64,000 bases of DNA from Candidatus Latescibacterota bacterium (GTDB lineage Bacteria; Latescibacterota; UBA2968; GCA-2709665). The stretch is taken from NCBI GenBank assembly GCA_963662665.2, contig CAXXJS010000061.1, forward strand, positions 128,001 to 192,000. The letters are read 5' to 3'. The notes under the pieces were generated by a model, which saw nothing but the letters and a program-made list of their open reading frames with translations, did not search any database and was not told the origin of the DNA. Of the stretch, positions 47,448 through 57,000 are shown piece after piece. A program made the translations under genes and the position numbers. Positions within the stretch are counted from its first letter, which is position 1. Each line of letters opens with the position of its first letter.

Positions 47448-49520
47448 ATGATGCGTCGTATTGGCGCGCTGTTGCCGGCGCTTTTAAGCGTGTCCGTGCT
47501 GCTTCAATGCAGCGAACCCGAAGAGACCCCGCCGCCGCTGGCCAGATATACGGGCGACCTTGCCGAGTTGGTTTCGCGAGGCAAGCTCAGGGCGATCGTC
47601 CCACTTGAGCCGATCGCCTATCTGCCGCGGCATGGACAGCACGTGACGATCGCCTACGACATCGCGAGGGAGCTTTCGGAGGCGCTCAAATTGGAGCCGG
47701 TTCTTGTAAGGGTCGGGGATTTCTCCGAAATCATGGGCAAGTTGCTCGAGGGCGAGGGCGACATCGCGGTGGCCAGCCTGACCATAACACCCGAACGCCA
47801 GAAGCAAGCTGTGTTTTCGGTCCCGTATATGTTCGTGGACGAATACCTGGTCACAAAAACAGGCGGCAAGCTTCCACAGAAGGTCGATGACCTTGCGGGT
47901 ATGGAAATCAGCGTGCGGCGCTCGAGCTCGTACTATCAGACACTTGTCAACCTCCGGCGGCAGGTGCCGTCCCTGCGAATCCGGGCCGCACCGGAAACCC
48001 TGAACATCGAAGCCCTGCTGGACGGCGTCGCCAGCGGGGAATACGAAGCCACGTTGTCCGATTCGCATCTGTGGCATGCCCTGTCCAGTTATTATGACAG
48101 TCTGACTACGTCCCTCGTGCTGGCGAAGGGCCGGCCGATCGCGGTGATGATGCGGCCGGAGGATACCGAACTTAAAACCAGAGTGGATGAGTTTCTACTA
48201 GCCCGGCACTTTACTCGAGAGCGGCAGCACGAATTCACCGACGATCTGCCCGGGCTGATCGAACGGGGCCGCTTGCGGATGATCACACGCAACAACGCAT
48301 TGACCTATTTCATTCACCGCGGCCTGCAGGTGGGATTCGAGTACGAACTGATGAAGAAATTCGCCTCGGAACACGGCCTGCGCCTGGAGATTGTTATTCC
48401 CAAATCCCACGCCGAACTCCTGTCGTATCTGAACGAGGGCAAGGGGGACGTGGTGGCAGCCGCGATGACCATAACCCCAGAACGCCAGAAGGCTGCGGAC
48501 TTTACGAGGCCGTATAACGACGTGGACGAGGTGGTCGTTGTACGTGAAGACGACGGTTCAGTCAACACGATTCGTGACCTGGCCGGACGGACGGTCCACG
48601 TACGTGCGAGTTCTTCCTTCTATTCAACGCTCATGGCGATCCGGGATTCCCTGCCCGGTCTTGAGATTGTCGCGCTGCCGGACGACATGGAGACCGAAGA
48701 GATACTTGCAGGGGTCGAGTCCGGACTCTATGACCTCACGCTTGCGGATTCCAATCTGCTCGACGTGGAACGCGCCTACGGCATGCGCCTCAAGGCCGCA
48801 TTCAGCATCAAGTCAACCACACTGGGGTGGGCCGTCCGCAAGGGTAATTCCTCACTGTTGGCGTCGTTGAATGAGTACATCCGGCGCGAAAAAGGCGGAC
48901 TCTACTTCAATATGATGAAGAAGCGGTATTTCGAGAACCCTCGAGGAATCGCGAGGGCAAAGGATTCGACGCGGGTCGGTATAAGCGGACAGCTCTCGCC
49001 GTACGACGGCATTGCAAAAAAATACGCGCAGCGATACAGCCAGGATTGGCGCCTGATTACCGCGCAGATGTACCAGGAATCCAAATTCAACCCGGAAGCC
49101 GTCAGCTGGGTCGGCGCCAGGGGATTGATGCAGGTGATGCCCAAAACAGGGCTGCAGTTGGGTTTTGAAAACCTGGAGGACCCGGACGAGGGCGTACACG
49201 CAGGGACCAAGTACATGCATCAGCTATTGGGGCGTTTCGACCATGAGATCCCGATACAGTCGCGGATTCACTTTGCTCTGGCGTCCTATAACGTCGGGTA
49301 CGGTCATCTGCTGGATGCCCGCCGCCTGGCGCGCGAAAAGGGATGGGACGCCGACGTCTGGTTCGGCAACGTGGAGCAGGCCATGCGCCTGCTTTCGCAA
49401 CCGGCCTATTACGAACGGGCGCGCTACGGATACTGCCGAGGCGGCCAGCCCGTGCACTACGTAGAGAAAATACAGAGTCTGTACGACGCTTACGTGGAGG
49501 TACTGGACACCGCCCAATGA
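47448..49520 (+). CDS. mltF: MltF-like lytic transglycosylase with two tandem periplasmic-binding domains
   Basis: LLQC lipobox-like motif; two SBP_bac_3 repeats (GEGDIAVASLTITPER / GKGDVVAAAMTITPER); SLT motifs YQESKF, GLMQ, ASYNVG, ARYGYCRG. Confidence 0.9.
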   Translation: MMRRIGALLPALLSVSVLLQCSEPEETPPPLARYTGDLAELVSRGKLRAIVPLEPIAYLPRHGQHVTIAYDIARELSEALKLEPVLVRVGDFSEIMGKLLEGEGDIAVASLTITPERQKQAVFSVPYMFVDEYLVTKTGGKLPQKVDDLAGMEISVRRSSSYYQTLVNLRRQVPSLRIRAAPETLNIEALLDGVASGEYEATLSDSHLWHALSSYYDSLTTSLVLAKGRPIAVMMRPEDTELKTRVDEFLLARHFTRERQHEFTDDLPGLIERGRLRMITRNNALTYFIHRGLQVGFEYELMKKFASEHGLRLEIVIPKSHAELLSYLNEGKGDVVAAAMTITPERQKAADFTRPYNDVDEVVVVREDDGSVNTIRDLAGRTVHVRASSSFYSTLMAIRDSLPGLEIVALPDDMETEEILAGVESGLYDLTLADSNLLDVERAYGMRLKAAFSIKSTTLGWAVRKGNSSLLASLNEYIRREKGGLYFNMMKKRYFENPRGIARAKDSTRVGISGQLSPYDGIAKKYAQRYSQDWRLITAQMYQESKFNPEAVSWVGARGLMQVMPKTGLQLGFENLEDPDEGVHAGTKYMHQLLGRFDHEIPIQSRIHFALASYNVGYGHLLDARRLAREKGWDADVWFGNVEQAMRLLSQPAYYERARYGYCRGGQPVHYVEKIQSLYDAYVEVLDTAQ

Positions 49521-49581
49521 ATGCGAATTTCCGACCACGGTCGACGTTGCAGCAGGGCGTATTGAAGGAGGATCCCGGCTT

Positions 49582-50364
49582 GTGGCAGAAAGCGACAATG
49601 TGAACGAATATCACGCCGCAAATCGCGCACGCTGGAACCATGGGGCCGAGGCGTGGGCTGCCATGCACGACCGGCGCGGAACGTGGAGAGTTGCTCACAG
49701 GCGGCCCGAACAGGTTTTCCTGCCGCAAGAAATCGAACTGATTGGCGATGTGGAAGGCAGGCGCGTCTGCGTGCTGGGAAGCGGCGACAATCTGGCGGTT
49801 TTCGCGTTCGCAGGAATGGGCGCAAGGGTCACGTCCGTGGACATTTCGGTCGAGCAACTGGCCGTCGCGCAACGGCGCGCCCGCGAACTGGGCCTAACCA
49901 TAGAGTTCGTCGAATCGGACGTGTCTGACCTGGGTTGTCTGCCTGACGCAAGTTTCGACCTCGTATACACCGGCGGCCACGTGGCGGTGTGGGTCAGCGA
50001 CTTGCGAACCTATTACCGGGAGGCAATTCGGATCCTGCGCCGGAAGGGCTTGTTTCTGATCAACGAGTACCATCCGTTCCGGCGGATCTGGAAGGGCGAG
50101 GAATCGACGCTGGCAGTTGCGTACAGCTACTTCGACAACGGACCGCACGAATACACTGCCTCCAGGGATGTCCTCGACAAGGCGCAGGGTGATATAAAGC
50201 AGTTTGAATTTCACTGGACGGTTTCCGAGTATCTCAGGGCCGTCATCGAGCAGGGTGTCGAACTGATCAGGTTCGAGGAATTCGGGGATGAGGCGGAGGG
50301 ATGGGAGGGCGCGCCACTTCAGGGCCTGCCCCAGAAGCTGTTGATTGCAGGAAGGAAAAGCTGA
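49582..50364 (+). CDS. Class I SAM-dependent methyltransferase
   Basis: VCVLGSGD, VTSVDIS, FDLVYT, INEYHP. Confidence 0.9.
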   Translation: MAESDNVNEYHAANRARWNHGAEAWAAMHDRRGTWRVAHRRPEQVFLPQEIELIGDVEGRRVCVLGSGDNLAVFAFAGMGARVTSVDISVEQLAVAQRRARELGLTIEFVESDVSDLGCLPDASFDLVYTGGHVAVWVSDLRTYYREAIRILRRKGLFLINEYHPFRRIWKGEESTLAVAYSYFDNGPHEYTASRDVLDKAQGDIKQFEFHWTVSEYLRAVIEQGVELIRFEEFGDEAEGWEGAPLQGLPQKLLIAGRKS

Positions 50365-50422
50365 ATCCACGACCGATCGTGATTGCATACATTGAGACGC
50401 CACATTCGTTCGGGTTCACGAA

Positions 50423-50947
50423 ATGACGACTTTCCATCTCATTCGCCATGGAGAACCCGATTGGGACCTGGCTGCCGGCGGCGATTTAAAAGGCGCCGAG
50501 GTCGGCTGGGCGGCACACATCGTACCGCTGACCCCGAACGGAATTCGTCAGATTGAGATCGCATCAGAACCTCTCGAAGCTGAAGATTATCAACTGGTTA
50601 TTTCGTCGCCGATGACACGTGCGTTCCAATCGGCCAGCGTCATCAGCCGGATTCTCCACCTGGATCTTCACGTCGAGTTCGATCTGCACGAATGGGTATG
50701 CGCCTGGCGACCTTCGCTTGAACTCGTCGAAAAAACCGTAGCCGAGATGCTGTCGTGCGGTGGCGAGTGGCCGCCCGATGAGACGAGAGACTGGGAGCCG
50801 TTATCCAGCGTACGCTCGCGCGTCAGTCGTGTTCTGGATCGTTACGAGAACTTCGAGCGGGTAATCGTGGTCTGTCACGAAACCGTGATTTTTTCACTCA
50901 CCGGGAAATGGTTGGGACACGCTGAGTCGGTAACGCTTGATATGTAG
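50423..50947 (+). CDS. Histidine phosphatase family protein
   Basis: LIRHGE, SSPMTRAFQSA, DLHEW, VVCH. Confidence 0.9.
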   Translation: MTTFHLIRHGEPDWDLAAGGDLKGAEVGWAAHIVPLTPNGIRQIEIASEPLEAEDYQLVISSPMTRAFQSASVISRILHLDLHVEFDLHEWVCAWRPSLELVEKTVAEMLSCGGEWPPDETRDWEPLSSVRSRVSRVLDRYENFERVIVVCHETVIFSLTGKWLGHAESVTLDM

Positions 50948-50972
50948 CGGCGTAAGAGGTGCCTGTAGTGGT

Positions 50973-51809
50973 TCACTGATCCATCGGCCATGCCTTCTGC
51001 GAAGCCGCACAAACCCATTTTTCGGAGGGCCCTGCGATCATCCTGCTTTGCCTTGCGCAGATTTCGTTGAAATGATCCACCCAATCCGCTGACAACATTG
51101 AATTGGCAATTAGATTGACGCACAGTCGTGCATTTGCATCTCTCATCGCAACTCCCAACGCGACATCGGGGGACAATGCCATCCACATCCTTTGTTCCGC
51201 GGGGATCCAATTCGGGTCGTTTTCTTTCTGCTTTTGATTGTCCACTCCAAGCTCGGTATCCCGAGTAACAAACGGTCCACAATCGCCCAACACAAAGGTC
51301 GGAGCATCAACTTGGCTCAAAACCACAACGAATTCGCCTTCCTGAATGAGCTTCGTGTTTTCCTCCCTAATAATGGAGACCAGGTCTTTGCCGGCTTTTT
51401 CCGATTCTCTCTGGATCGTGTCCAACCCTGAAAAGAAATCTTCTCCCAACCATTGCGGGGACCGGTACGCTAAATGCAGAAGAAATAGCCCACATGCACG
51501 AATGTCATCTGAAATCGCAGTCACATAGGAAGGGTCCTCTTGATCGATCCCCTGTCGTGCCGTGCGCAGAATATTCCTCACATATTGTAAAGAGAGGCTT
51601 TCCGTTTTGCCCATATGGGACTCCAACGATTCTCCGATCTCCTTCGCCGCGTAATAGTCTCTCCGTTTGAAGACGTTCCGTGGCTTGCATTTGAAGAACC
51701 TCCTTGGATTCTTCCTGCCAACGTGAAGAAAACCGTCTTGATCCGTGAAGTTCTCAAGGAGCCATCTAGGGATCGTATGTTGCTGTTCCGATTTCATCTT
51801 CTTTTCCAT
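50973..51809 (-). CDS. DUF4238 domain protein
   Basis: N-terminal QQHTIPRWLLENF, FVLGDCGP and ALSPDVAL patterns typical of DUF4238. Confidence 0.7.
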   Translation of the reverse strand: MEKKMKSEQQHTIPRWLLENFTDQDGFLHVGRKNPRRFFKCKPRNVFKRRDYYAAKEIGESLESHMGKTESLSLQYVRNILRTARQGIDQEDPSYVTAISDDIRACGLFLLHLAYRSPQWLGEDFFSGLDTIQRESEKAGKDLVSIIREENTKLIQEGEFVVVLSQVDAPTFVLGDCGPFVTRDTELGVDNQKQKENDPNWIPAEQRMWMALSPDVALGVAMRDANARLCVNLIANSMLSADWVDHFNEICARQSRMIAGPSEKWVCAASQKAWPMDQ

Positions 51810-52533
51810 AGTGGTGGGTCCATCTCCAACTTTCAGGAAGTTGAGAAACCGGGGATAGAACCCAAACCCCGGGATGTGCGGATTGTATGATGAATTCGCC
51901 GGTCAGGTCAATAAGCAGACATCAATATAAATATACAGCTACCGGAGTGAATATGATAGGAAACTGCGGAAAAACGCGATGAATCCTTGCCAAGAGAATA
52001 AAAAAACCGTCTGAGTGGATCCGCCTTTGCCCCAAGGCCAATATCAACCTATGAACACCAGTAGGGATTCCCCCCCGGTGAGCTTCTGCATCGCCAACCC
52101 GAGATTGAAGCCATGCCCTTGAAAAATGCTGGACCTAGTAGATGTTGTTGTGGACGAGCAAGTGAGTGCGTCGAATACCCCCGGTCTCTCCGGTATGAGC
52201 ACGACTGCGTTCCGCATGCTTGGAGCGCCGTCGCTTGAGTCGCTTGCATTGCACTCTTCGAAGGTGCAGTCGACTGACAGGAAGCACTAATGCTGAACAG
52301 CCGCGTGAATCTGGCCATCGTCTTCACCCGGCAAGGAGGCGGGCGGCGACGATAACACAATCTTCAACTCTTACGAAACCACACCTGGGTGTCGCCCGAA
52401 TCAGGATGGAAAGATTAGCTGAAGGGTGAGGGCAGGCAGAGGGGAAGGAGATATTCGTTATTTCACTTCGTGGGCGTCGGCGCCCTGTAATCTGGAGTCA
52501 CCGTCGTTCAGGTTGCGCACTTCGATCAGGATT

Positions 52534-52929
52534 TTACACATCCGCGAGGTTCAGTTTCTCCCGCAGAGTACGCCGAACACGCCGCATCACCCGTACCGCT
52601 TCTTTTGACTCGTCAACAGTAGCATTATCTCCTGGATAGCGAAATTCAACGGCAAACGGGTAGAGAAAATCGAGATCAAGTCGCAACTCCTCGAGATCGG
52701 AACCTATATCCACCGCGAAATCCAATAGTGCCAGAAGATCGTGAGTCTTCGGAAAATGAACGCGATGAAAAACCAGAAAGGCTTTGAGGTACTTTTCAAC
52801 ACACTGGTGCGCGCAGAAACACACATTGTCGGGAACAGGCTCTCTGCGTTTCCGAACCATCGTTGTGGCCGTGCGAAAGTCTTCTTCCGCTTTGTAGACC
52901 CACGCTTGTATATCACCCGGCCGATTCGT
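52534..52929 (-). CDS. HEPN domain protein of an MNT-HEPN pair; the expected start codon reads ACG
   Basis: WVYKAEEDF, CFCAHQCVEKYLKAFL, PKTHDL, FRYPG; in-frame ACG at 52929 lies inside the MNT TAC-GAA codons; alternative TTG at 52944. Confidence 0.8.
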   Translation of the reverse strand, partial: TNRPGDIQAWVYKAEEDFRTATTMVRKRREPVPDNVCFCAHQCVEKYLKAFLVFHRVHFPKTHDLLALLDFAVDIGSDLEELRLDLDFLYPFAVEFRYPGDNATVDESKEAVRVMRRVRRTLREKLNLADV

Positions 52930-53251
52930 AGAGGGTACGTCCAAGTTTGAAAATTCCCTCAAGAAATGGATCAAAGTTTCGCAGGCGGGTTCGAATCTCT
53001 TCCGGTGTACGCACGACAATATCCATCGCAACATATTTGGGACGACAGATGCGGGCAACCGCGGAACTCCTCGCTGCCGGACGCATTTCTGTATCCATTA
53101 TAACAAGCAGATCCAGGTCGCTGTCGTATCTCGGCGCACCATATGCATGGGAGCCAAAGAGAATGATTTTATCTGGACTGAAGTGATCGACGATTTTTCT
53201 CGCGATCTCATCCAATAGTGGTTCCGTTATTTGTGGAGCCTTCCCATTCAT
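52913..53251 (-). CDS. Minimal nucleotidyltransferase (MNT)
   Basis: PDKIILFGSHAYG...SDLDLLVI, DIVVRTPEE, GRTLYE. Confidence 0.92.
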   Translation of the reverse strand: MNGKAPQITEPLLDEIARKIVDHFSPDKIILFGSHAYGAPRYDSDLDLLVIMDTEMRPAARSSAVARICRPKYVAMDIVVRTPEEIRTRLRNFDPFLEGIFKLGRTLYESAG

Positions 53252-53433
53252 ATGAAATCCAATAGAGAGTTGTCACAAACCCTGGTGCAAGATACACAAT
53301 GTCTGGGCCAATCACAATCCACACATTGAATTGGCGCGATCAGCGACCTATCATCTGGAACATAGGGGCGAATTCCACCGTGATCGATTGGCGTTCAGAT
53401 GGCCGGCTTGCTGGTATGGCGCGAAAGTTCAGG

Positions 53434-54144
53434 TCACTGGCGCCGGGGTACGTTGCCGTCGTAGGGTCGTTCGCCGCGCACCAGCATCCGGTGGGGATTC
53501 TCCAGGTCGGCGATTTCGTCCACGCTGTGGTAGCCCATGGTCATGCTCATCCGGGTGCCGTCCGTCCTGTTCTGCCCAACGCCGTGCATGATCATGCTGT
53601 CGATGACGAGCATGCCGCCTTCGGGCATGGGCACCGGCACCGCCTGCTCGAGGAGTTGTCTTGTCACAGATTCGTCGTAGAGGCGGCCTTTTACGCCCGG
53701 GAAATGGTGGGATCCCGGCACAACCTGGGTGCATCCGTTTTCCACGGTTGTTTCCTCCAGGTAGAAGATCACCGTGAAGATGGTCCGCGACCACTGCCTG
53801 ACGTCGCGGTGCAATCCCTCCGGCCGGTGCTCCGAGGCCCGGCGGAGCGTGGCGTGGTTGTGACGGTTCTTGATGAGTTCTATGTTGGGGCCCAAAAGGG
53901 ATTCCAGGGAATCCAGGACCAGGGGGCATGTGGCGGTTCCGAGGAAAACGGGTTCTCTGTCCACGACGCCGGAGAGGCGTATAATCCGTCCTTCGGCGTC
54001 GCGTACGACCGGTTCCACCTCTTCCCGGATGTTCCTCCAGATCGCCTCTTTGAGCTTTTCAACAAGCTCCTCCGGAAGCCGGTTCTCTAACTTGTGGAAG
54101 CCGTTGTGGCGAAAAAGGTGGACCTGTTCCGATGTGAGTGACAT
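53434..54144 (-). CDS. Phytanoyl-CoA dioxygenase (PhyH) family protein
   Basis: FRHNGF, LHRD, ENGCTQVVPGSH, MHG. Confidence 0.9.
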   Translation of the reverse strand: MSLTSEQVHLFRHNGFHKLENRLPEELVEKLKEAIWRNIREEVEPVVRDAEGRIIRLSGVVDREPVFLGTATCPLVLDSLESLLGPNIELIKNRHNHATLRRASEHRPEGLHRDVRQWSRTIFTVIFYLEETTVENGCTQVVPGSHHFPGVKGRLYDESVTRQLLEQAVPVPMPEGGMLVIDSMIMHGVGQNRTDGTRMSMTMGYHSVDEIADLENPHRMLVRGERPYDGNVPRRQ

Positions 54145-54228
54145 AAAGAATAGCCCGATCGGCACAATTTAAAGGAAGCTGTCAGCGATCAGCTGTCAGC
54201 CAGGAGCGAAAACCGAAATCCAAACCCG

Positions 54229-54386
54229 CCTCTCCCCTCGGCCCGCAGACCTCTCCCCCCAGCCCCATCAGAACCTATCCCGCCTGCCTGGCGGCAGGCA
54301 CCCTTTCCTGAAGGAAAGGGAAAAGCGGGTCACGAAATAGGATCCCGGTTCCCCCTTCCTTCAGGAAGGGGGTAAGGGGGTAGGTC
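54229..54386. repeat. Cluster of family C G/C-rich hairpins
   Basis: CCCTTTCC-TGAA-GGAAAGGG, CCCCCTTCC-TTCA-GGAAGGGGG, GCCTGCC-TGGC-GGCAGGC. Confidence 0.7.
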
Positions 54387-54561
54387 CTGCCCCGCGCCGA
54401 GCGGCGTTCTTCTCTTAAAGGCGGGAAGACGTGAGACGATAGAAATGAGAGGACCACACCGCAGCACTGCATGGATTTGACGCTCCGCCTCGCAATCCAC
54501 ATCGCGTCGTACATATCGAGCGCCCGTTAGCGGACGAGTTATACGGAACGGTTCTCAGCAC

Positions 54562-54617
54562 TTCATCCTTTTTCCTTCATCCTTCTTCTTTCTTCCTTCC
54601 TCCTTCTTCCATCTTCC
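54562..54617. repeat. Eight tandem 7-bp pyrimidine-rich units (TTCWTCC)
   Basis: TTCATCC TTTTTCC TTCATCC TTCTTCT TTCTTCC TTCCTCC TTCTTCC ATCTTCC, immediately after the sulfite oxidase stop codon. Confidence 0.8.
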
Positions 54618-54619
54618 TT

Positions 54620-55921
54620 CTATCCGCGATTGACCGTCACCGCCACCCGGTGCATCGAGTTGTTCAGATAGCCGCGCGGGTTCCACGCGATCCCGTGCGG
54701 CTGTCTCACGCCGTGCGAGTCCGTGGCCCTGGCCCAGACCTCGTAATATCCCGCCTGTGGAAATGAGACCCTGGCGCGCCAGTTCTGCCATGCGTACGTA
54801 TTTACCGGTTCATCCAGCGTCGCCTCCATCCATGATGCCCCAAAGTCGATCGAGAGATGCACGGCGTCCACCTTCCGTTCGCCGGCCCAAGCGTGCCCGC
54901 GGACCTCCAGTGATCGGTCGCCCGTCCTGTGTCCGTTGGCCGGATTCGTGATCAGGGACTTTACCGGCATGCCGTGTATGATGTCGAAGTCTTTCTCGTC
55001 CACTTTCTCGCCGCGGGCGATCGGACGATTGGGGACGCGATAGGATGTCCCGGTCATCTTCGGACCGTCGTGCACGCGGTCTCTCAACCAGATGCGGGTC
55101 AGCCACTTCTGCGAGCAGGATCCCGGCCATCCCGGCACGATCAGCCGCAGCGGCGCGCCGTTCATGGGATGGATGGGCTTGCCGTTCTGGGCGAAGGCGA
55201 TGAGATTGTGTTCGTCCATGGCCTTCGCGATCGGTACGCCACGGGAGAGGGGCAACCTGCCGGGCTCCCCGGAGAGATGGGAGTCGGCGCCCTCGTGTGC
55301 GGTGTAGACGACGTTCGTCCTGACGCCAGCGGCCTTGAGGACGTCAGCCAGACGTACGCCCGTCCATTCAGAGCAGCCAACGGCGCCGTAGGTCCACTGG
55401 TCTCCCCTCGCGGGCGGGTCGAAAAACGCGCGGCCGTTGCCGCCGCACTCCAGCACAAGGGCGCGGGTGACCACCTTGAACCCTTTGTCGATATCGTCGA
55501 TGCCCAGCGTCATCGGACGGTCGACAAGGCCGTCAATGGTCAGCTTCCACGCAGCCGCATTCGTGTTCTCCGGCGGAATTCCGTTATTCCGGATGAAATG
55601 CCTTTCCGTCGGCGTAATGGCGTCGTCCAGCAGATGGGGCGGCGTTTCCGCGTTTACAGGACGTTCATTGATCACGACAATCCCGTCTTTGCCGTGAATG
55701 ACCCGCTCCGCGGCGAGTACTGAAGGAATGAAATGCGCGGGCATGCTGCGGTGGAACGGGATGGTGGAACCGACCATGGCCCCCATTACCGCCAATCCCG
55801 CCCTTTTCAGAAATCCCCGCCTGTCGGAAAAGGTCTCGCGGCCGAAGAGGAGCCGGTCGGCCTCGTCCGGATCACGCCTGTAGAGTTCGAACAATTCCGG
55901 ATAATCGGTATCTTTTTTCAT
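54620..55921 (-). CDS. Sulfite oxidase-family molybdoenzyme (SorT/SoxC-like), Tat-exported
   Basis: SDRRGFLK Tat motif, NAETP, FIRNN, LECGGNGR, HPMNGAPLRLIVPGWPGS, WNPRGY. Confidence 0.93.
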   Translation of the reverse strand: MKKDTDYPELFELYRRDPDEADRLLFGRETFSDRRGFLKRAGLAVMGAMVGSTIPFHRSMPAHFIPSVLAAERVIHGKDGIVVINERPVNAETPPHLLDDAITPTERHFIRNNGIPPENTNAAAWKLTIDGLVDRPMTLGIDDIDKGFKVVTRALVLECGGNGRAFFDPPARGDQWTYGAVGCSEWTGVRLADVLKAAGVRTNVVYTAHEGADSHLSGEPGRLPLSRGVPIAKAMDEHNLIAFAQNGKPIHPMNGAPLRLIVPGWPGSCSQKWLTRIWLRDRVHDGPKMTGTSYRVPNRPIARGEKVDEKDFDIIHGMPVKSLITNPANGHRTGDRSLEVRGHAWAGERKVDAVHLSIDFGASWMEATLDEPVNTYAWQNWRARVSFPQAGYYEVWARATDSHGVRQPHGIAWNPRGYLNNSMHRVAVTVNRG

Positions 55922-56008
55922 CGTCTGTCCTTGTTCCCGTTTCCACTGCGCAAACCAACGCACGCTATCGGGTCGCCGGTGCGTGTTTGGAGTTCCGGAT
56001 GGTCCGAT

Positions 56009-56905
56009 TCAATTACCAAATAACCGCCTGGCATTGAGCGTCAGTGTCCAGAGACGGGCGCCGGAAAACGAGTTGTGACTGGGGAAATCGGGGTCGATAC
56101 TGTGCATCGGATGAATCTCGTACTCCCCCCGGACGTCCATGCCGCCTGTCATGGAATATGTCAGCTTCAATCCCAGCATCGTCTTGTCGCTGACCGGATA
56201 TTCCGCGCCCGCGTGCAAGCTGCCCACCAGAACCACGCCGGCGAGGTCACCTTCCTGACGGCCGTTGTAGAACGATAGCGGCGGATCGTATACCTGGCCG
56301 CTGCCGGCCGTTTCCTTGTGGTCGTCGGAATAGTGCGTGCCGGTCATGGCAACGTGCGCCGCGCCCAGCCCGCCGCCGACGTAGGGTGAAATGCCGCGCT
56401 GGCGACCTGGAAGATCGAAAAAGACATTGAGAGAAAGCGAGCGTACCACAAGATCGTCGATCGAAGACCGGGTATTGGATTCGACAGTGCCGCCTGCTCG
56501 GTCCTCCATGGCCACACCCTCGAGATTGGTGACGCTGCGGAAGATCTGGTTGACGCCGTTCATTTTCTGTGTGATAGACAACTCAAGCCGTCGGCGACCG
56601 GACACGCGTCCTAAGGAGACCCCGAACGTGTTGCCGCGGGAGGGCTCGACATTGTAACGCCAGCGGTACCCGGGAATTTTCGGAATGGGATCCAGATCGA
56701 AGCAGGCGTCCGTCGGATAGCAGAATGTGTCCCGATTCCAGCCCTCCTGATCGATGTCGGTCGCTCGATTCAATCCCAGTGTCACGCCGCCGTACCACCC
56801 GGAGCGCGGGAGTTCGGACGGCGCCGGTTGCGGCCATGCGATGGAATTCTGGCAGATCGAATGCAATGCAAAGAACAAGGATAAGAGGAACAGCGCAAAT
56901 CGCAT
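56009..56905 (-). CDS. Outer membrane beta-barrel protein (opacity/OmpW-like) with Cys-pair loop
   Basis: Signal peptide, GWYGGVTLG, SPYVGGGLG, alternating beta pattern, C-terminal ...RRLF. Confidence 0.78.
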   Translation of the reverse strand: MRFALFLLSLFFALHSICQNSIAWPQPAPSELPRSGWYGGVTLGLNRATDIDQEGWNRDTFCYPTDACFDLDPIPKIPGYRWRYNVEPSRGNTFGVSLGRVSGRRRLELSITQKMNGVNQIFRSVTNLEGVAMEDRAGGTVESNTRSSIDDLVVRSLSLNVFFDLPGRQRGISPYVGGGLGAAHVAMTGTHYSDDHKETAGSGQVYDPPLSFYNGRQEGDLAGVVLVGSLHAGAEYPVSDKTMLGLKLTYSMTGGMDVRGEYEIHPMHSIDPDFPSHNSFSGARLWTLTLNARRLFGN

Positions 56906-57000
56906 TGGAAAAATCCCTTTGAGACCTTGCCGTGCCGGCGGCGCTCTACCGCGAAGCGCGGGAAGTGGCAGCTTCCCTTCAGATGGCCCTCCAAATATCC

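Noticed and set aside
51810-52530. Possible ncRNA or small genes in long intergenic gaps (also 31703-32180 and 34390-34960)
   Set aside because: No tRNA, riboswitch or coding motif could be recognised by eye; an Rfam/Infernal search would be needed.
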